64,000 bases of DNA, taken from assembly GCA_965112155.1 (NCBI GenBank), contig OZ218105.1; one strand, 5' to 3'. The number at the start of each line of letters is the position of its first letter. Position 1 is the stretch's first letter. The notes beneath the pieces were generated by a model. It did not search any database, was not told the DNA's origin, and was given only the letters and a program-made list of their open reading frames with translations. Position numbers and translations under genes: made by a program. Positions 25,407 through 37,868 of the stretch are shown here, in pieces. This DNA comes from Podarcis liolepis (Eukaryota).

Positions 25407-26208
25407 TTGCGCGTCGAGGTCCCCAAAACACCCCCCAAAGAAAAACACAATTGACACTTAATTTTTGTTTAAGGTTTTTGGCATAATTTTGGCCACAACT
25501 TTATTCAAATTACAGCAATGTGAGTGGTTGCTTAGGCATTGGTAGCACTAACTGACCCCGCACGGGGACAGCTCTGACATTCGCACCCCCGCGAAGTCAG
25601 CAAGGGTAAGTCACCTGGGGAGAGAGACAGGACTGGGAACCATGCCTCACCTCTCCCCAGAATGCTCCCAGGGGCTTGCGTGGCCCTAGCCCCTTGCCAG
25701 GGGGTTTCGGACAAAAGCATGGGGAGCCCCTGGGTTCCTTTAATGGAAAACCCTTGAAGCAGCAGCAGCATTTTGGAGGGGCAGGCACAGCCGATTCCAT
25801 ACCCCTCCACCAACCAATTCCAAGACCAATGCCCAACCGCAACCTTACAAGTTGTGACGATTTGCTACGCAGTAGGCAAAAACCAAGTGGCGCACACTAA
25901 TCAGCCAAATGGTCAAAATTCCTACCAGGCCCCTGCCCGAAAGCAGACGACCCCATGACAGGCATAGAAAGGTCAAGCAAACAGCCTAAAATTAGGGAAG
26001 GGAGGGTGGGTGATCCGAAGTAAGCAGCGAAAAGAGGAAGTTCCTCGCTGCAAGCATTGTATTTAACAAATAGGGCTGTCAATCAACAAATGGCAACATC
26101 TAGATTTCCCCATTAACAGCCCGCCCCTGCTTAAGGGATGGTCAAACCATTTGCCTAGTAACAGTGAGGTGTCTTGTCAGCCCCGCCCGCAACCTGTGCT
26201 GTCCATGA
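25407..26208 (-). mobile_element. ~800-bp LTR-like element, copy C (right end truncated at a CR1)
   Basis: Homologous to copies A and B. Minus-strand AATAAA at 25505-25500 and GC boxes near 26120 and 26185. Confidence 0.75.
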
Positions 26209-26500
26209 GGCACAAGAAGCGGTGGTGGCCAACCTAGATGGCTTTAAAAGAGGATTAGACAAAATTAACGGGGGGGGGGTGTCAATGGCTACTAGCCGTA
26301 ATGGCTCTGCTCTCCCTCCACTATTTGAGGCAGAAATACTTCTGAACACCAACTGCTGGGAACCATAGGAAGGGAGTGGGCCCTTGGGCTTGATTCCCGC
26401 TTGTGGTTTTCCCACAGGCTTCTGGTTGGCTACTGGGAGAACATGATTTCGAACTAGTTGGGCCATTGCCCTAATCCAGCCAGCTCTTCATTATATTCTT
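26208..26500 (+). mobile_element. CR1 LINE 3' end
   Basis: LDGFKRGLDK ORF2 C-terminus followed by CR1 3' UTR. Confidence 0.8.
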
Positions 26501-27655
26501 AAATATTTCCTTTACTGCTAGGCCCCCGAAATGATGATTTATTTAGACTGCTGTTCGGGCCACTCATTTATCTGGCAACTGGTTGGTCAAAGTAATTTTT
26601 TGGTTAGTGCTGTAACTATGCAAATAGGTGTGAGAAGCGTGGGATTTGTGGATAGGATAGACATATCACAAAGGCCTTGAAGGAATTGCTACCCTGGCCT
26701 TCTTCCTTGAAGTACTATGCAAATAAACAGGAAAAGAGGGCTGGGATTTGCCACCAGGGAAGTTCAGCCAAAGCTGCGGTAGTTACCACTGCAGTTGCAT
26801 CTTTGCACTATGAGAAACATGGGTTTGAAGTTGGTTCGAACATAAAATATCAGTGTTTCAAAGCATTGTGTTTCCTTCCCTCTCAATCAAACATCCTGGC
26901 ATAACGCCATCGTGGAACCTGTAGAGTTTTTGAACACTGCATTCTCCCCTCTGCTTGCAGAACAGATGTAACTGTTTCTAAATATGTTTTTAACATAGGA
27001 AACTTTCCATCATCTACGTTTTATATGTATATATACAGTTGTATAGCCTTGTATGCCAATAATCCAAAAGAAAGTTTCTTGTCCAATTTTCCTTTGGCTT
27101 TTTCACATTATCATTTTTTCCTCTCTCCCCCCCCCCACCTCCCGCTCACCGGGTTTTGGCATTGATATAGTGGCTGGTGGAAAGCTTGTGGAATGGAGAG
27201 AACCAGTGGGACATCATTATCTCTTGATATAACCTCTATAGTAAAGGCAGGGAATGATGTACCAGAGGTGGTACCACTGTGTATGTCAACGACATCGTTG
27301 AGTGCAGCAAGCTGGAAATCCCAAAAGGGCAGATTGCTCCACAGAGTTGTTGTGGGTGGTGATATCAGGCCTTAAGAGTCATTTAGTACTGGGAACATGC
27401 TCTCATCCCCTCATCAAAATGCTCAGCGAGATCTTGAGATGCAGAATGAAATTTTCTAGTAATGGGCAACTTCAACTAGCCTCACATAGACTAGTTACTA
27501 GGTGTTCCACTCAAAGATGTAAACATTCTAGATGCCCTAAATGACTGTGCCCTAGAACAGTTGGTCATGAAACCGACCAGAGGAACAGCATCCCTGGACC
27601 TGGGCACTCAAGTGTGAGATGTAAGTGTTGTTGAGCCAATTGAGCACAATGACCA

Positions 27656-27955
27656 TAGTAATAATAATAATAAATTTTATTTATATCCCGCCCTCCCCAG
27701 CTGAAGCCGGGCTCAGAGCGGCTAACAACAGTAAAACAATAAAACATTCTAAAATCATTTCATTATAAAATTAATTCCAATCAAATTAATGGCAACCATT
27801 GGGCTAGAAGTTCTGTGAGGATTGCTGAAGGAGGGAGTCAGGCTGTGCCCTGGCCAAAGGCCTGGTGGAACAGCTCTGTATTGCAGGCCCTGCAAGATGT
27901 CAAGTCCCGCAGGGCCCTAGTCTCTTGTGACAGAGCGTTCCAACAGATCGGAGCT
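27656..27955 (-). mobile_element. L2-like LINE 3' end (second family)
   Basis: Reverse-complement homolog of 22936-23350 with (TAT)n tail. Confidence 0.78.
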
Positions 27956-28177
27956 ACATTTACTATTAAATATACATGTACATGGCCAATTGCCAAGACA
28001 ATCCAATATAGTCATTTGACTTCCAAAGAGAAAACTTCCCCAAAATGAGGGGATTAGTAAAAAATGAAGTTGCTAGGCAACATCAAAAGGGTCAAATCTC
28101 TCCAAAATGCTTGGGGGTTGTTAAAAACACATTATTATGAACTCAACTGGAGTGTACCTTTACCCTTTACCTTACCC

Positions 28178-28349
28178 CAGGGATGCCCAAACTTTTTTTC
28201 AAAGTTTTTTCAAAGAGGGCTAGATTTGAAGAGACGGCCAACCAAAGTTGTTGAGCTTTTTTAAGGATTTGGCCCCAAGAAATAAACTGCCACAGGGGCC
28301 AGATAAAACCTGCTGGGGGGCCAAATAAGACGGACTTTGAACATGCCTG
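28178..28349. mobile_element. hAT MITE inserted in CR1-like remnants
   Basis: CAGGGATGCCCAAA...TTTGAACATGCCTG ends with perfect 8-bp TSD CCTTACCC (28170-28177, 28350-28357). Confidence 0.88.
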
Positions 28350-29371
28350 CCTTACCCCCAGCACCATGCTGATGTTGTTAACAAGAGACAAAGAAGCTAT
28401 AAGGGGCAAGTAAGCATCCTTTTAAAAATGGGAGTCTTACAGAAAAGAGAACAAAAAGAAAGAAACCTTAGCAAATTCCTCTGGGGCATTAAAAAGCTCA
28501 AAAACAACCTCTCCAAACAGAGTGAATGGGTGGTAAAATAGAAAATGCAATTCAATGCAAGCAAGTATAAAGTGATGCTACTGGCCTAATCCTTCTCTTA
28601 AACGTACATCTGTATTTCCTCAGTGTAAGATGATAAAAGGTTGGGGAGGTAGTGGGTTCTTGGGGGGGGGAGTAGTGCTCTCTTTACTTGATTACGCTGG
28701 TAGGGAAAGATGCTGAGATTAAAATTTGGAAAGCTAACTTTCCAAGGGATCAACAGAGAATAAATAAAAAATGTGCTTGGAATAAGCACTGAATGCAGAA
28801 AGAGCAAAAATGTCTTAATCTACATGTGGCTCTGCTGGTAAATAAACTGCATTTCTTCTTCCAAATGCATTTCATTTCTTGGCAGTAAAGAGAAATCTGG
28901 GGCAGGAAATAAGGATCTCAGTTTCTGAGTTTAGGATCTAACTCAGCAGACAACTGGAGGGTAGCTTTCTGGTTTTCCCCCTACCAACCCCAAACACTGA
29001 GACAGATTTTTTGTTTTTGTTTTAAGGAAGGAAGTGATTTAGCAGTCAGTGCCTATCCTGTTCAGCTGTCAGAGGAAACCAAGGAAATGAAAATGAAGTG
29101 ATAATATACTGTAGGATATTTAAGCCAGAAATCTAGAGGAAAATGGCAACCTGGGACTCTCCAGCAGAGAACCCAAATAGATCCAAAAACTAGAGCCAAA
29201 TCGGTTTCCAAGAAGAGTGGATTGCAAAATTACCTAATACTAATTTTGTGTTTACGTTATATTTACATATCTTGAGAAGCAGTCATTTGAAAGGCTCAAG
29301 GCTGAGCTATAATCTAACTTTTTCTCATATTATCTTCATAAAAATGGTGAAAATTAGTTGTCTTGCCTATT

Positions 29372-29458
29372 AAGTTCTTAACCCGAGGTAATATTTCAGC
29401 GGAGTCTGTAACCTGAAGCGTATGTAACCTGAAGCGTATGTAACCCAAGGTACCACTG
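29372..29458. mobile_element. Partial Tigger-like MITE (one end)
   Basis: ...AACCCAAGGTACCACTG|TA, same family as 3564-3805. Confidence 0.85.
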
Positions 29459-29491
29459 TATATGCCATTTTCATAAGGGTCCATAGTAGGG

Positions 29492-29493
29492 GA

Positions 29494-29569
<76 letters not shown>

Positions 29570-29902
29570 AATTTATACCCCACCTATCTGGTTGGGTTTC
29601 CCCAGCCACTCTAGGTGGCTTACAGTGCATATAAAAACCTAGTAAAATGTCAAACATTAAAAACTTCCCAATACAGGACTGCTTTCAGATGTCTTCTAAA
29701 AGCTGTGTAGTTCTTTATCTCCTTGACATCTGATGGGAGGGCGTTCCACAAGGAGGATGCCACTGCCAAGAAGGCCTTATGCCTGGTTCCCTGTAACTTC
29801 TCTCAGTGATGGAACTTCCAGAAGACCCTTGAAGGAGGACCTCAGTGCCGGGCTGAGCGATGGGGGTGGAGACGCTCCTTCAGATATACTGGGCAGAGGC
29901 CG
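29492..29902 (-). mobile_element. L2-clade LINE 3' fragment with (TTTC)n tail
   Basis: Reverse complement of the L2 3' end. (GAAA)n at 29492-29570. Confidence 0.88.
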
Positions 29903-30129
29903 CCTATAAGAAAGCTTATAGAGAAAGATATCTGTACACAGAGGTATTCTTGGATAATTAAGTAGGGCCTCCTGATGTGGTTGAGACTTTATGCTATGAG
30001 AAGGGTAGCCAATGTGATGCCCTCCGGATGTTGCTGGACTATTCATCCCTGATCATTGGTCTTGCTGGTTAGGGCTGATGGGAGTTGGAGTCCAATAATA
30101 TCTAAATTCATGAGCTATCCATTGCTATA

Positions 30130-30356
30130 CAGTAGAATCTCGGTTTTCGAGCATCTCTGAAGCCAAACGATTCAGAACCCGGACGCTGAAAACCCGGACG
30201 TGAATGCTTCCGTTTTTGAATGCGCCTTGGAAGTTGAATGGCTTCCAAGGCATGTTTCTCCATTTTCTTTATTAAAATTGCTGGCTGCCCATTGTGCCTT
30301 GGTTGTCGAACGTTTCAGAAGTTGAACGGTCTTCCAGAACGGATTACGTTCCACTG
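30130..30356. mobile_element. Tigger-like MITE (third subfamily)
   Basis: TA|CAGTAGAA...TTCCACTG|TA. Confidence 0.78.
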
Positions 30357-30589
30357 TAATTAGAATAATGATTAATCCAGACCTGGTTCCACTAAAGTCT
30401 GCTGGACTACTCTGGGATAAGTATTTTGAGGGTAACATGATTTTTTGCCAGTTTTTCAGTCTGATCGCTATAGTTTTTTAAATAAAAAAAACCTAGTTCA
30501 TTGGAGCTGGCAGATATTTCTGAAAGCATCTCAGAAGGAGGTCTTTCTTAAAACTAAGCCATTCATCAAATCTCTTCCAGAAAGTTGGG

Positions 30590-30640
<51 letters not shown>

Positions 30641-30642
30641 AA
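30590..30642. repeat. (AAAG)n microsatellite
   Basis: Direct inspection. Confidence 0.95.
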
Positions 30643-32661
30643 CTTTCCTACTAACTCTGTTTCTTTTAATTTCTTGCTCTTTTAACACAGGAAAAGTGAT
30701 TTGATTTTTATTTATTTTTTTATTTTATTTTTTGTATAAAAAGTTTGCCAGCTTTCCTGGTTTGCAACTCTATAGATATTTACAGGAGCTAGGAATTGCC
30801 CAGGATACACTACTGATCCAGAAGCAATATGCTGCAGGCATAAAGGTAGTTTAAGCATCTGTATTATCATGTTGATGAGTATGCAAGAGGGGAAGAGAGA
30901 GAGAGAAAGGAGAGGAAGTTGGCAGGAAGTTAAGTGAACGAAAATCTACAAGGTTATCAAACAGTGGTGTTGTTTGGCGCCCCTTTCTTCAGGCCCCTCC
31001 ACTCCCCATTGCAAAAGTAAAGAAAACGTGGCACAGGTATTAGGTAATTTTTACAGTCCTTTGTTCTTGGCAGCTGCTTTGACTCTCCTCTCTCTTTCTC
31101 TCTGTGTGTGTCTATTTTGGGCCTCAGTTGTAGAGACCCAGGCTACGATTTCCCCCAGCATTTCTGTCTCTTAAATATCCTACAGTATATTATCACTTTA
31201 TTTTCATTTCACTGGTTTCCTCTGACAGTAGAGCAGGACAGTCATTGACTGCAAAATCACTCCCTTCCTGAAAAATCATGTCTAAAAGTTTTGGATGAGT
31301 AGTGCTGGTTATGAGCTTTTTAAAGCAGGAGAAAAGACGGTTTGCATAAAGTTTTTCCACTTGGCATTTTAAAAGCCTGTGGAACATTGGGAGCTACCTT
31401 ATACTGAGTCAGACCATCATCTAGTTAAGTGTTGTGATTGGTGGTGGCACTGCAGGGCTTCAGGCAGGGGACATTCTTAGTCCTACCTGAAGATGCCAGA
31501 GATTGAACCAGGATCTTTTGAACACAGGAAGCTGAGTCCATCTAACAAGAATCTGACTCCCAATTTATCTCTCTAATCACTGATTAAATTCTAATATTTA
31601 CTAAATCCTGGAATTATGGGTGTCTTGCACCCAGAAACCCTGGCATGCATAAACTCATTCCTGTGGGTGGGTGGGTGTACACACATACATACTCTCATCA
31701 ACATTTCAGTGCAGAATTCTCCTAATATACACATTTTTCTATGCAATTTGCCTGATAGACACATTTTCGTAATCTGCTTTCCCTAACGCAATGAATTTTA
31801 TTACTATATTTATATCCCGGCTTTCGCCCACCCAGACCAAGGTGACCTACAGATAAAAATACAAATCACAGATAAAATGGACAAAGTTAAAAACATAGAA
31901 AATACAATAAGTAAAAAACAATTAAACACTGACAGAATTAAAATAATATCACTATATACACCCCCCCCCCTTTATATGCATTTTTATTTCCTTGTTGGAG
32001 AACCAGGAAAACTGAGAGAAGTGCAAATATCAAAAGATAGCTGCATTTGGTTTCACATTTTGCTGTGGGGTGTGGAAAGAAATGCAAATCAAACCACATT
32101 TAGCTCTTATCCCATTATGTCATAACATTGTGCCATTCCAGAAGCATTGCTTTTGGGTTGGGGCCACCATCTCTTTCCTCCCAGTTATGCATCTGGAACT
32201 TAGGGGGGGGGGTCATGGCTGAAGGGACGTTAAACAAGAAGCTTCCTGCCCCATAGATGATGTGCAGCCTGCTTATTTCAGTCTCCTCATCTTGCATCTC
32301 ACTGGTAATGTTTACTTTAGAAACCACATGACATCATCCTGTTACCATTCCCTTCTATGCTTCATTTGGCTGTCAGTTGTGGTGGGGACAGCAAATGAAG
32401 TTGATGATATAACATGAAGCATAGTTTGGGCCTTACCATCTAGAAAATACCAGTCGTTCCCTTTTTAAACAAAAAACAAAAAAAAACCTCACAAGTTTGC
32501 AATTGACATGTACCATTTGACCTATATCAACACGGAGATTTTGACCCAGTGCGTGGCAGCTGTGAAAAATTCAAATCCCATACTAGGGTTCCTTAGGTAA
32601 GGAACTGAACATAAAACTGCTGATACTGTGATGCTGTTACACAAATCTAGTGGCTGCAATA

Positions 32662-32759
32662 CAGGTAGATCTCATCTTATGCAGAGGTTATGTTCCTGGC
32701 AATTGTGCGTATGAGCAAAATTGCATAAACTCAACCATCCCTACCTTGTAACCCACCTG
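32662..32759. mobile_element. Old small Tc1/mariner-type MITE
   Basis: TA|CAGGTAG...CCCACCTG|TA inserted at a TA of the CR1. Confidence 0.6.
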
Positions 32760-32761
32760 TA

Positions 32762-32978
32762 CAGTGGTACCTCAGGTTACAGATGCTTCAGGTTACAGAC
32801 TCCGCTAACCCAAAAATAGTACCTCGGGTTAAGAACTTTGCTTCAGGATGAGAACAGAAATTGTGCTCTGGCAGCAGCAGGAGGCCCCATTAGCTAAAGT
32901 GGTACCTCAGGTTAAAAACAGTTTTAGGTTAAGAACAGACATCCAGAACGAATTAAGTTCTTAACTGAGGTACCACTG
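32762..32978. mobile_element. Tigger-like MITE
   Basis: TA|CAGTGGTACCTCAG...CTGAGGTACCACTG|TA. Confidence 0.92.
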
Positions 32979-34861
32979 TACTGTATTGTTCTGGTCATTT
33001 CTCCTCAAAAATAATATTTCCGAGTTGGAAAGGGTTCAGAAAACTGTACCCAAAATGATCAAGGGGGGGTGGAACAACTTCCCTTGAGAAAATGGTGCAG
33101 CATTTAGCACTTTTTAATGTAGTGAAAAGGCAAATAAGAGATGATATCATAGAAGGGTATAAAATTATGCATGGCATGGAGAAAGTGTATAGAGAATAGT
33201 TTTTGTCCCTCTCTCATAACACTACAACTTGGGGACAACCAGTGAAGTTAAATGAAGTTTGAGGATTCAGAACAGATTAAAAAAAAGTACTTCTTCACAC
33301 AGAACAGAACTATGGAATTTGCTCCGAGTTATTGGCACCAACATGGATGGGTTGAAAAGAGGATTAGGCAAGTTCATGGAGGTAAAGGCTATTAGTAGCT
33401 ATCAACGCTCATGGAAATCTTCTACTGCCTTAGTCAGAGATGGTCTACTTCTGAACAGCACTTGCTGGAAACTGCATGAGGAGAAAATGCTGTTATGCTT
33501 AAGTCCTGCTTGTGGTCTTCCAATAGGCATTTGGTTGGCCACTGTGAGAACAGGATACTGACCTACTTGGGCCTTGATTCTTATGTTCTGATAAAAGGAA
33601 ATGGTAAACGGTAAGGGCTGAATTCAGTTTTGGAAAATCAAGATGCTGAAAATCAGTCGCTTTCAGCTGCGTGGAATAATTCAGACTTGCTACCTGTCTC
33701 TCCACAACCTAGCATTTTAAGATCATGAAGCCTTGTATACCTCTCTTTAATAAAAAGGAAAAATAAATACTGGATTGTCGTAAGTGAGGTCATAGTTTCT
33801 CCAAGTCTAGACATCTCCGGTAATCACTGCCTTTATATTACGGCTGTGTTTTCCATGCGCTCGGCTGCGAACAAAGCGCTTTTACATTTAGCCGCATCAA
33901 ATATACTGAGTTTCCAGAGATGGCTTTGCTACGGCATCTCGGATTGCTTATGCTGTTTTGTATGTCTTATGGATGTGTTCATGTGGGAGATCTTATACAT
34001 ATAAGAAAAAAGTGCATATTACAAATGAGAATGATACCTTTCCATTTTTGTTATTCATAATGTTTATTAAGATATTTATGCAGACGGTTTGACCATTCTA
34101 GAAAAGAAGGCTTATGCATATGCTTCCATGGATGCAGCCTCTGCAGCTATGTTGGTGGCAGTTGATTACTGCTGGATGTAGGCTTTGTATCCAAATACAG
34201 AAAGGGTAGTATGATCTTCAGCCCATTGATGGACTGACAGCGGACCTTTATCATCCATTGTTGAGTTTAAATCTTTACATTATCATGAGGGCCTGTAGAA
34301 TCCATTTTTGTGACCACCAAATAGGCTCTAAAGTTCATGAACATCACCAACCTTCAAGGAGGTCTCTAATACATATAAAAACCTCCATCCATAGGATTAT
34401 ACTTAATTTATTTTGATGGCTAATTTGAAATAAAAAGGTAATTAAGGCATTGGGTGGGGGTAAATGTTATTGAGCCTACATTTCATTGCACAAAATAAAG
34501 TTCTGTGTATCCTCACTCTCACTGATAAAAAGATAGATATGAAAATCATTTTGTTAATTGTTTAGTAAAACTGTGTGTAACACAGCTGAGGGTGTTTGTA
34601 TACAGAGTATGTAAAGTTTGTAGATGATTCCAGATATGAGCTGTTTCACAATGGAAGAATAAAAAAAAAAGTTCATTTAGTTTAGCTCCTTCTAGACATC
34701 AGTAGGAGGTTTGTCAGTCCTTTAAAAGAAAGAAAAGTCTGGTACCTGAGTAAAGCTAAAATTGTGCACTTCTTTTGGTTATACATAATTGGGTTAGGTT
34801 ACAGTGGTGTATGAGGATGAACTTATAATATAAGTACTTTTTAAATGAGTGCTACAGAATG

Positions 34862-34990
34862 CAGGAATAGGGAATGTATAGCCCTCCAGATGTTGAACTC
34901 CCATCAGCCACAACCAGCATGGCCAATGGTCAGTGATGATGGGAATTGTGGTCTAACAGCAGTTGGAGGGTCTCAGTTTGCCCATTCCTG
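34862..34990. mobile_element. Small palindromic hAT-like MITE; related fragments near 6010, 14395, 30000 and 44190
   Basis: CAGGAATAGGGAA...TGCCCATTCCTG ends with internal CCCATCA/TGATGGG symmetry. Recurs in the window. Confidence 0.65.
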
Positions 34991-35769
34991 GCGTAATGGG
35001 TGCATTAAAGGGCAGCAAGCTGTCAGCTATTGAAATTATAATATTTGCAACAATATATAAATTTTCATTCTGCTTCAAACACCCAAATGGCATTGTCTGC
35101 CTCTGTATGCAACAAGTAAGGAAAAACCAAACAATAATTGCTTGGGGGGAAATTATTCTGTGGAAAGATACTTAGTCACGAAGGTTTGCAGAGTCAACCG
35201 CTTTATCAACATGTGCAACTAATAACAACAAAGTAAAGGCTCTCAGCCTTGTATTTGTTGACAAGGAGATGGTAGAATTTTTAATGGCCATGATTCAAGT
35301 TGAGTCAGTCTTTTGATCCAGCTCATTTTAAAACTGCAGTTCATTCATTCCATTTATGGTTTGGTTATTTTCTCCTCCTTAGTAAGGAGGGGCACTCTGA
35401 AATCAGCTTCTGTATTCATTTCAGTTAATAATAATACTAATTTCAGACACTTTCTGATGTCTGGGTCAAAGGAAACATGTCATTATACGATGCTACCACA
35501 TCCCATTTAAAACAACAGGGAGGAGTCACACTGGAAAATACTAGGCAGCCTGATACTAAGCATGCTTAGTCAGAAGTAAGTAGCACTGAGTTTAATGGAG
35601 CTTAGTTGCAGTCAAGTAAGTATGCATAAGACTGGCACTGCAGCAATTTACAAATCAAATACATGTTCAAAATATGGCTCTGTAGGAAGCTGCCTTTGGA
35701 AGCTCCATTTAGTTCAGTATTTAGCTCCAGCACATTTCCAATACATCCCCCAACTACTTTCTCTTGACT

Positions 35770-36460
35770 TTCAATAAGAACAAGGTTCTACACTTAAGGT
35801 TCTACACTTAGGCAAGGAAAACCAGCTGCACAAATACAAGATGGAGGACACCTGGCTTTTCAGTAGTACCAGTGGCGTAGCGTGGGGGGTGCAGGGGGGC
35901 TGGCCGTACCGGGTGCAACATCTGGGGGTTAGGGTTAGGGGGCGCAAATTACTTGCCTTGCCCCGGGTGCTGACAACCCACGCTACATCACTGAGTAGTA
36001 CGTGTCAAAAGGACCTAGGAGTCTTAGTAGAACACAACCTTAACATGGGTCAACATTGTGATGCAGCACCAAAAAGCCCCAAATGCTATTCTAGGCTGCA
36101 TCAACAGTAGTATAGTGTCCTAATGAAGGGAAGTCATAGCATCACTTTATTCTGCTGGTCCAGTTCTGGGCACCACAATTTAAGAAAGATATTGACAAGC
36201 TGGAATGTGTGAAAAGGAGGGCAACCAAGAAGGCTTAAGGATCTGAAAACCAAACCTTATCAGGAACGGTCAAGGGAGTTGGTTATGTTTAACCTGGATA
36301 AGAGGAAAGTGAGAGGAGATATGATAAGCATTTTCAAATAGCTAAAGGGCTGTCACATGAAAGATGGAGTAAGCGTGTTTTCTCCTGCTCAAGAGGCTAG
36401 GACCCGAACCAATGGCTTCAAGTTACAAGTAAGAAGTTTCAGACTAAACATCAGGTAGAA
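35770..36460 (+). mobile_element. CR1 LINE ORF2 fragment
   Basis: Translates as KVLHLG..KDLGVLV..LNM.QHCD, typical of CR1 ORF2 downstream of the RT core. Confidence 0.88.
35870..35993. mobile_element. 124-bp hAT MITE inside the CR1
   Basis: 17-bp TIR CAGTGGCGTAGCGTGGG with 2 mismatches and perfect 8-bp TSD AGTAGTAC (35862-35869, 35994-36001). Confidence 0.93.
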
Positions 36461-37451
36461 TTTTAACATTCAATTATCAGGTTTCGCTGCTCAAATGCCA
36501 GATATTCCCAGGAAGTATATTTCCAGAAAGATTCCTGATAAGGAACAAAGCGGTGTCAATAATTTTCAATATGATTTTTCTAGACACTTCAGTATTCTGC
36601 ATCTGATGTCCTAAATCAGCTATAATAGCTCAAAATATCCTCAATCTCAGTTGGTATTAATAAACCCCAAACAATTTGTTCTTGAGTATGAGACAGTTAA
36701 ACTGTTGTTAAGAAGGTCCCTCCTTTCCACATTTCTGAAGTATGTTTAAGATGTAGAGTGATGAATTTAATCCTCATTAGTTATGGCTAATATTACATAG
36801 TTTATATTCTCTGGCTTGAGTCAGTATCCAGTGAGGCAGAGCTGTGAGCCGATCTGAGCCAGGTGGAGCCAGATACTTCCAGACAAGACAAGAAAAACTG
36901 GAGGAAGATGATCCTTCAACCAGTTCCTCCAACCCAACTCTAATCCTGAATACAGAAAGTTATTTGTGAATGTACCTCACCCAATATAGGCCTAGTTCTC
37001 ACACAGGACATAAAACTGGGCTGTAAAGCTTCAGATCAACGACAGAGGCTCACATGCCTGAATGCTTTTCCAAATAAAATCACTTTTCTCCATTGCACTC
37101 CTCAATATCTAGTTTTCTATGTGCAGGGATTTGTTTATTTGTTTGTATGTATGTATGAAGAAGCATTCAGTTATGTGAGCTCTTATTTTTTATGTTAGCC
37201 CATGAAAAATGATAGTGGTCACATCCATACCATCCATCCATGCCTTCCACTAAAGAATCCTAGGAAGTGTCAATTGTTAAGGGTACTAGGAATTGCAGCT
37301 GTGTGAGGTTGGGGGTAAACTATGGCTACCAGGATTCTTGGGAGAATGCCATGTGATTTAAATGTATGGTGTGGGTATGACTATGATGTTGCTCAGGTTT
37401 CCTTCCGTGGTATTAACTAGAACCGGAGTTGCAAATTATAATTGTGAGGCA

Positions 37452-37868
37452 AGGCCTTGTGGGTAGGTGATGGGAGTCAGCTTCTTCTCCTTCAGCTTTT
37501 CAATGGTGTCTTTGTCATCTCGGAGGTCAAGTTTGGTTCCCACTAGGATGATGGGAGTGTTAGGGCAATGGTGTCGCACTTCTGGATACCACTTTGCACA
37601 GCCATTTTCAAAGGATGCAGGACTCACAAGTGAAAAGCAAATTAAGAACACATCTATCTGTGGGTAAGATAACGGGTGTAGTCTGTCATAGTCCTCTTGT
37701 CCAACTGTATCCCACAAGCCCAGATTGACTGGCTTTCCATCAACCATCACATTGGCAGAATAATTGTCGAAGACAGTGGGTATATATTCTCTAGGAATTG
37801 CATTGGTTGTATAACTGATGAGTAGGCATGTTTTACCTACAGCACCGTCTCCCACCACCACACACTTA
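37452..37868 (-). pseudogene. RAC1: Processed RAC1 retrocopy (codons ~4-144), truncated at both ends
   Basis: Intronless [14 protein letters not shown]...[12 protein letters not shown] with RAC1-diagnostic residues ([17 protein letters not shown]). No start ATG, G5 box, CAAX or poly(A). 14-bp TSD ATAATTGTGAGGCA at 37438-37451 and 37869-37882. Confidence 0.96.

Larger units (their letters stand above)
32545..33590 (+). mobile_element. CR1 LINE 3' portion, interrupted by two MITEs
   Basis: Degenerate CR1 ORF2 C-terminus (..MDGLKRGLGKFME..) and 3' UTR ending TTCTTATGTTCT. Confidence 0.85.

Noticed and set aside
24079-26208. Copies B and C as the paired LTRs of one provirus
   Set aside because: They are too diverged from each other, and the ~520-bp spacer has no PBS or coding remnants.
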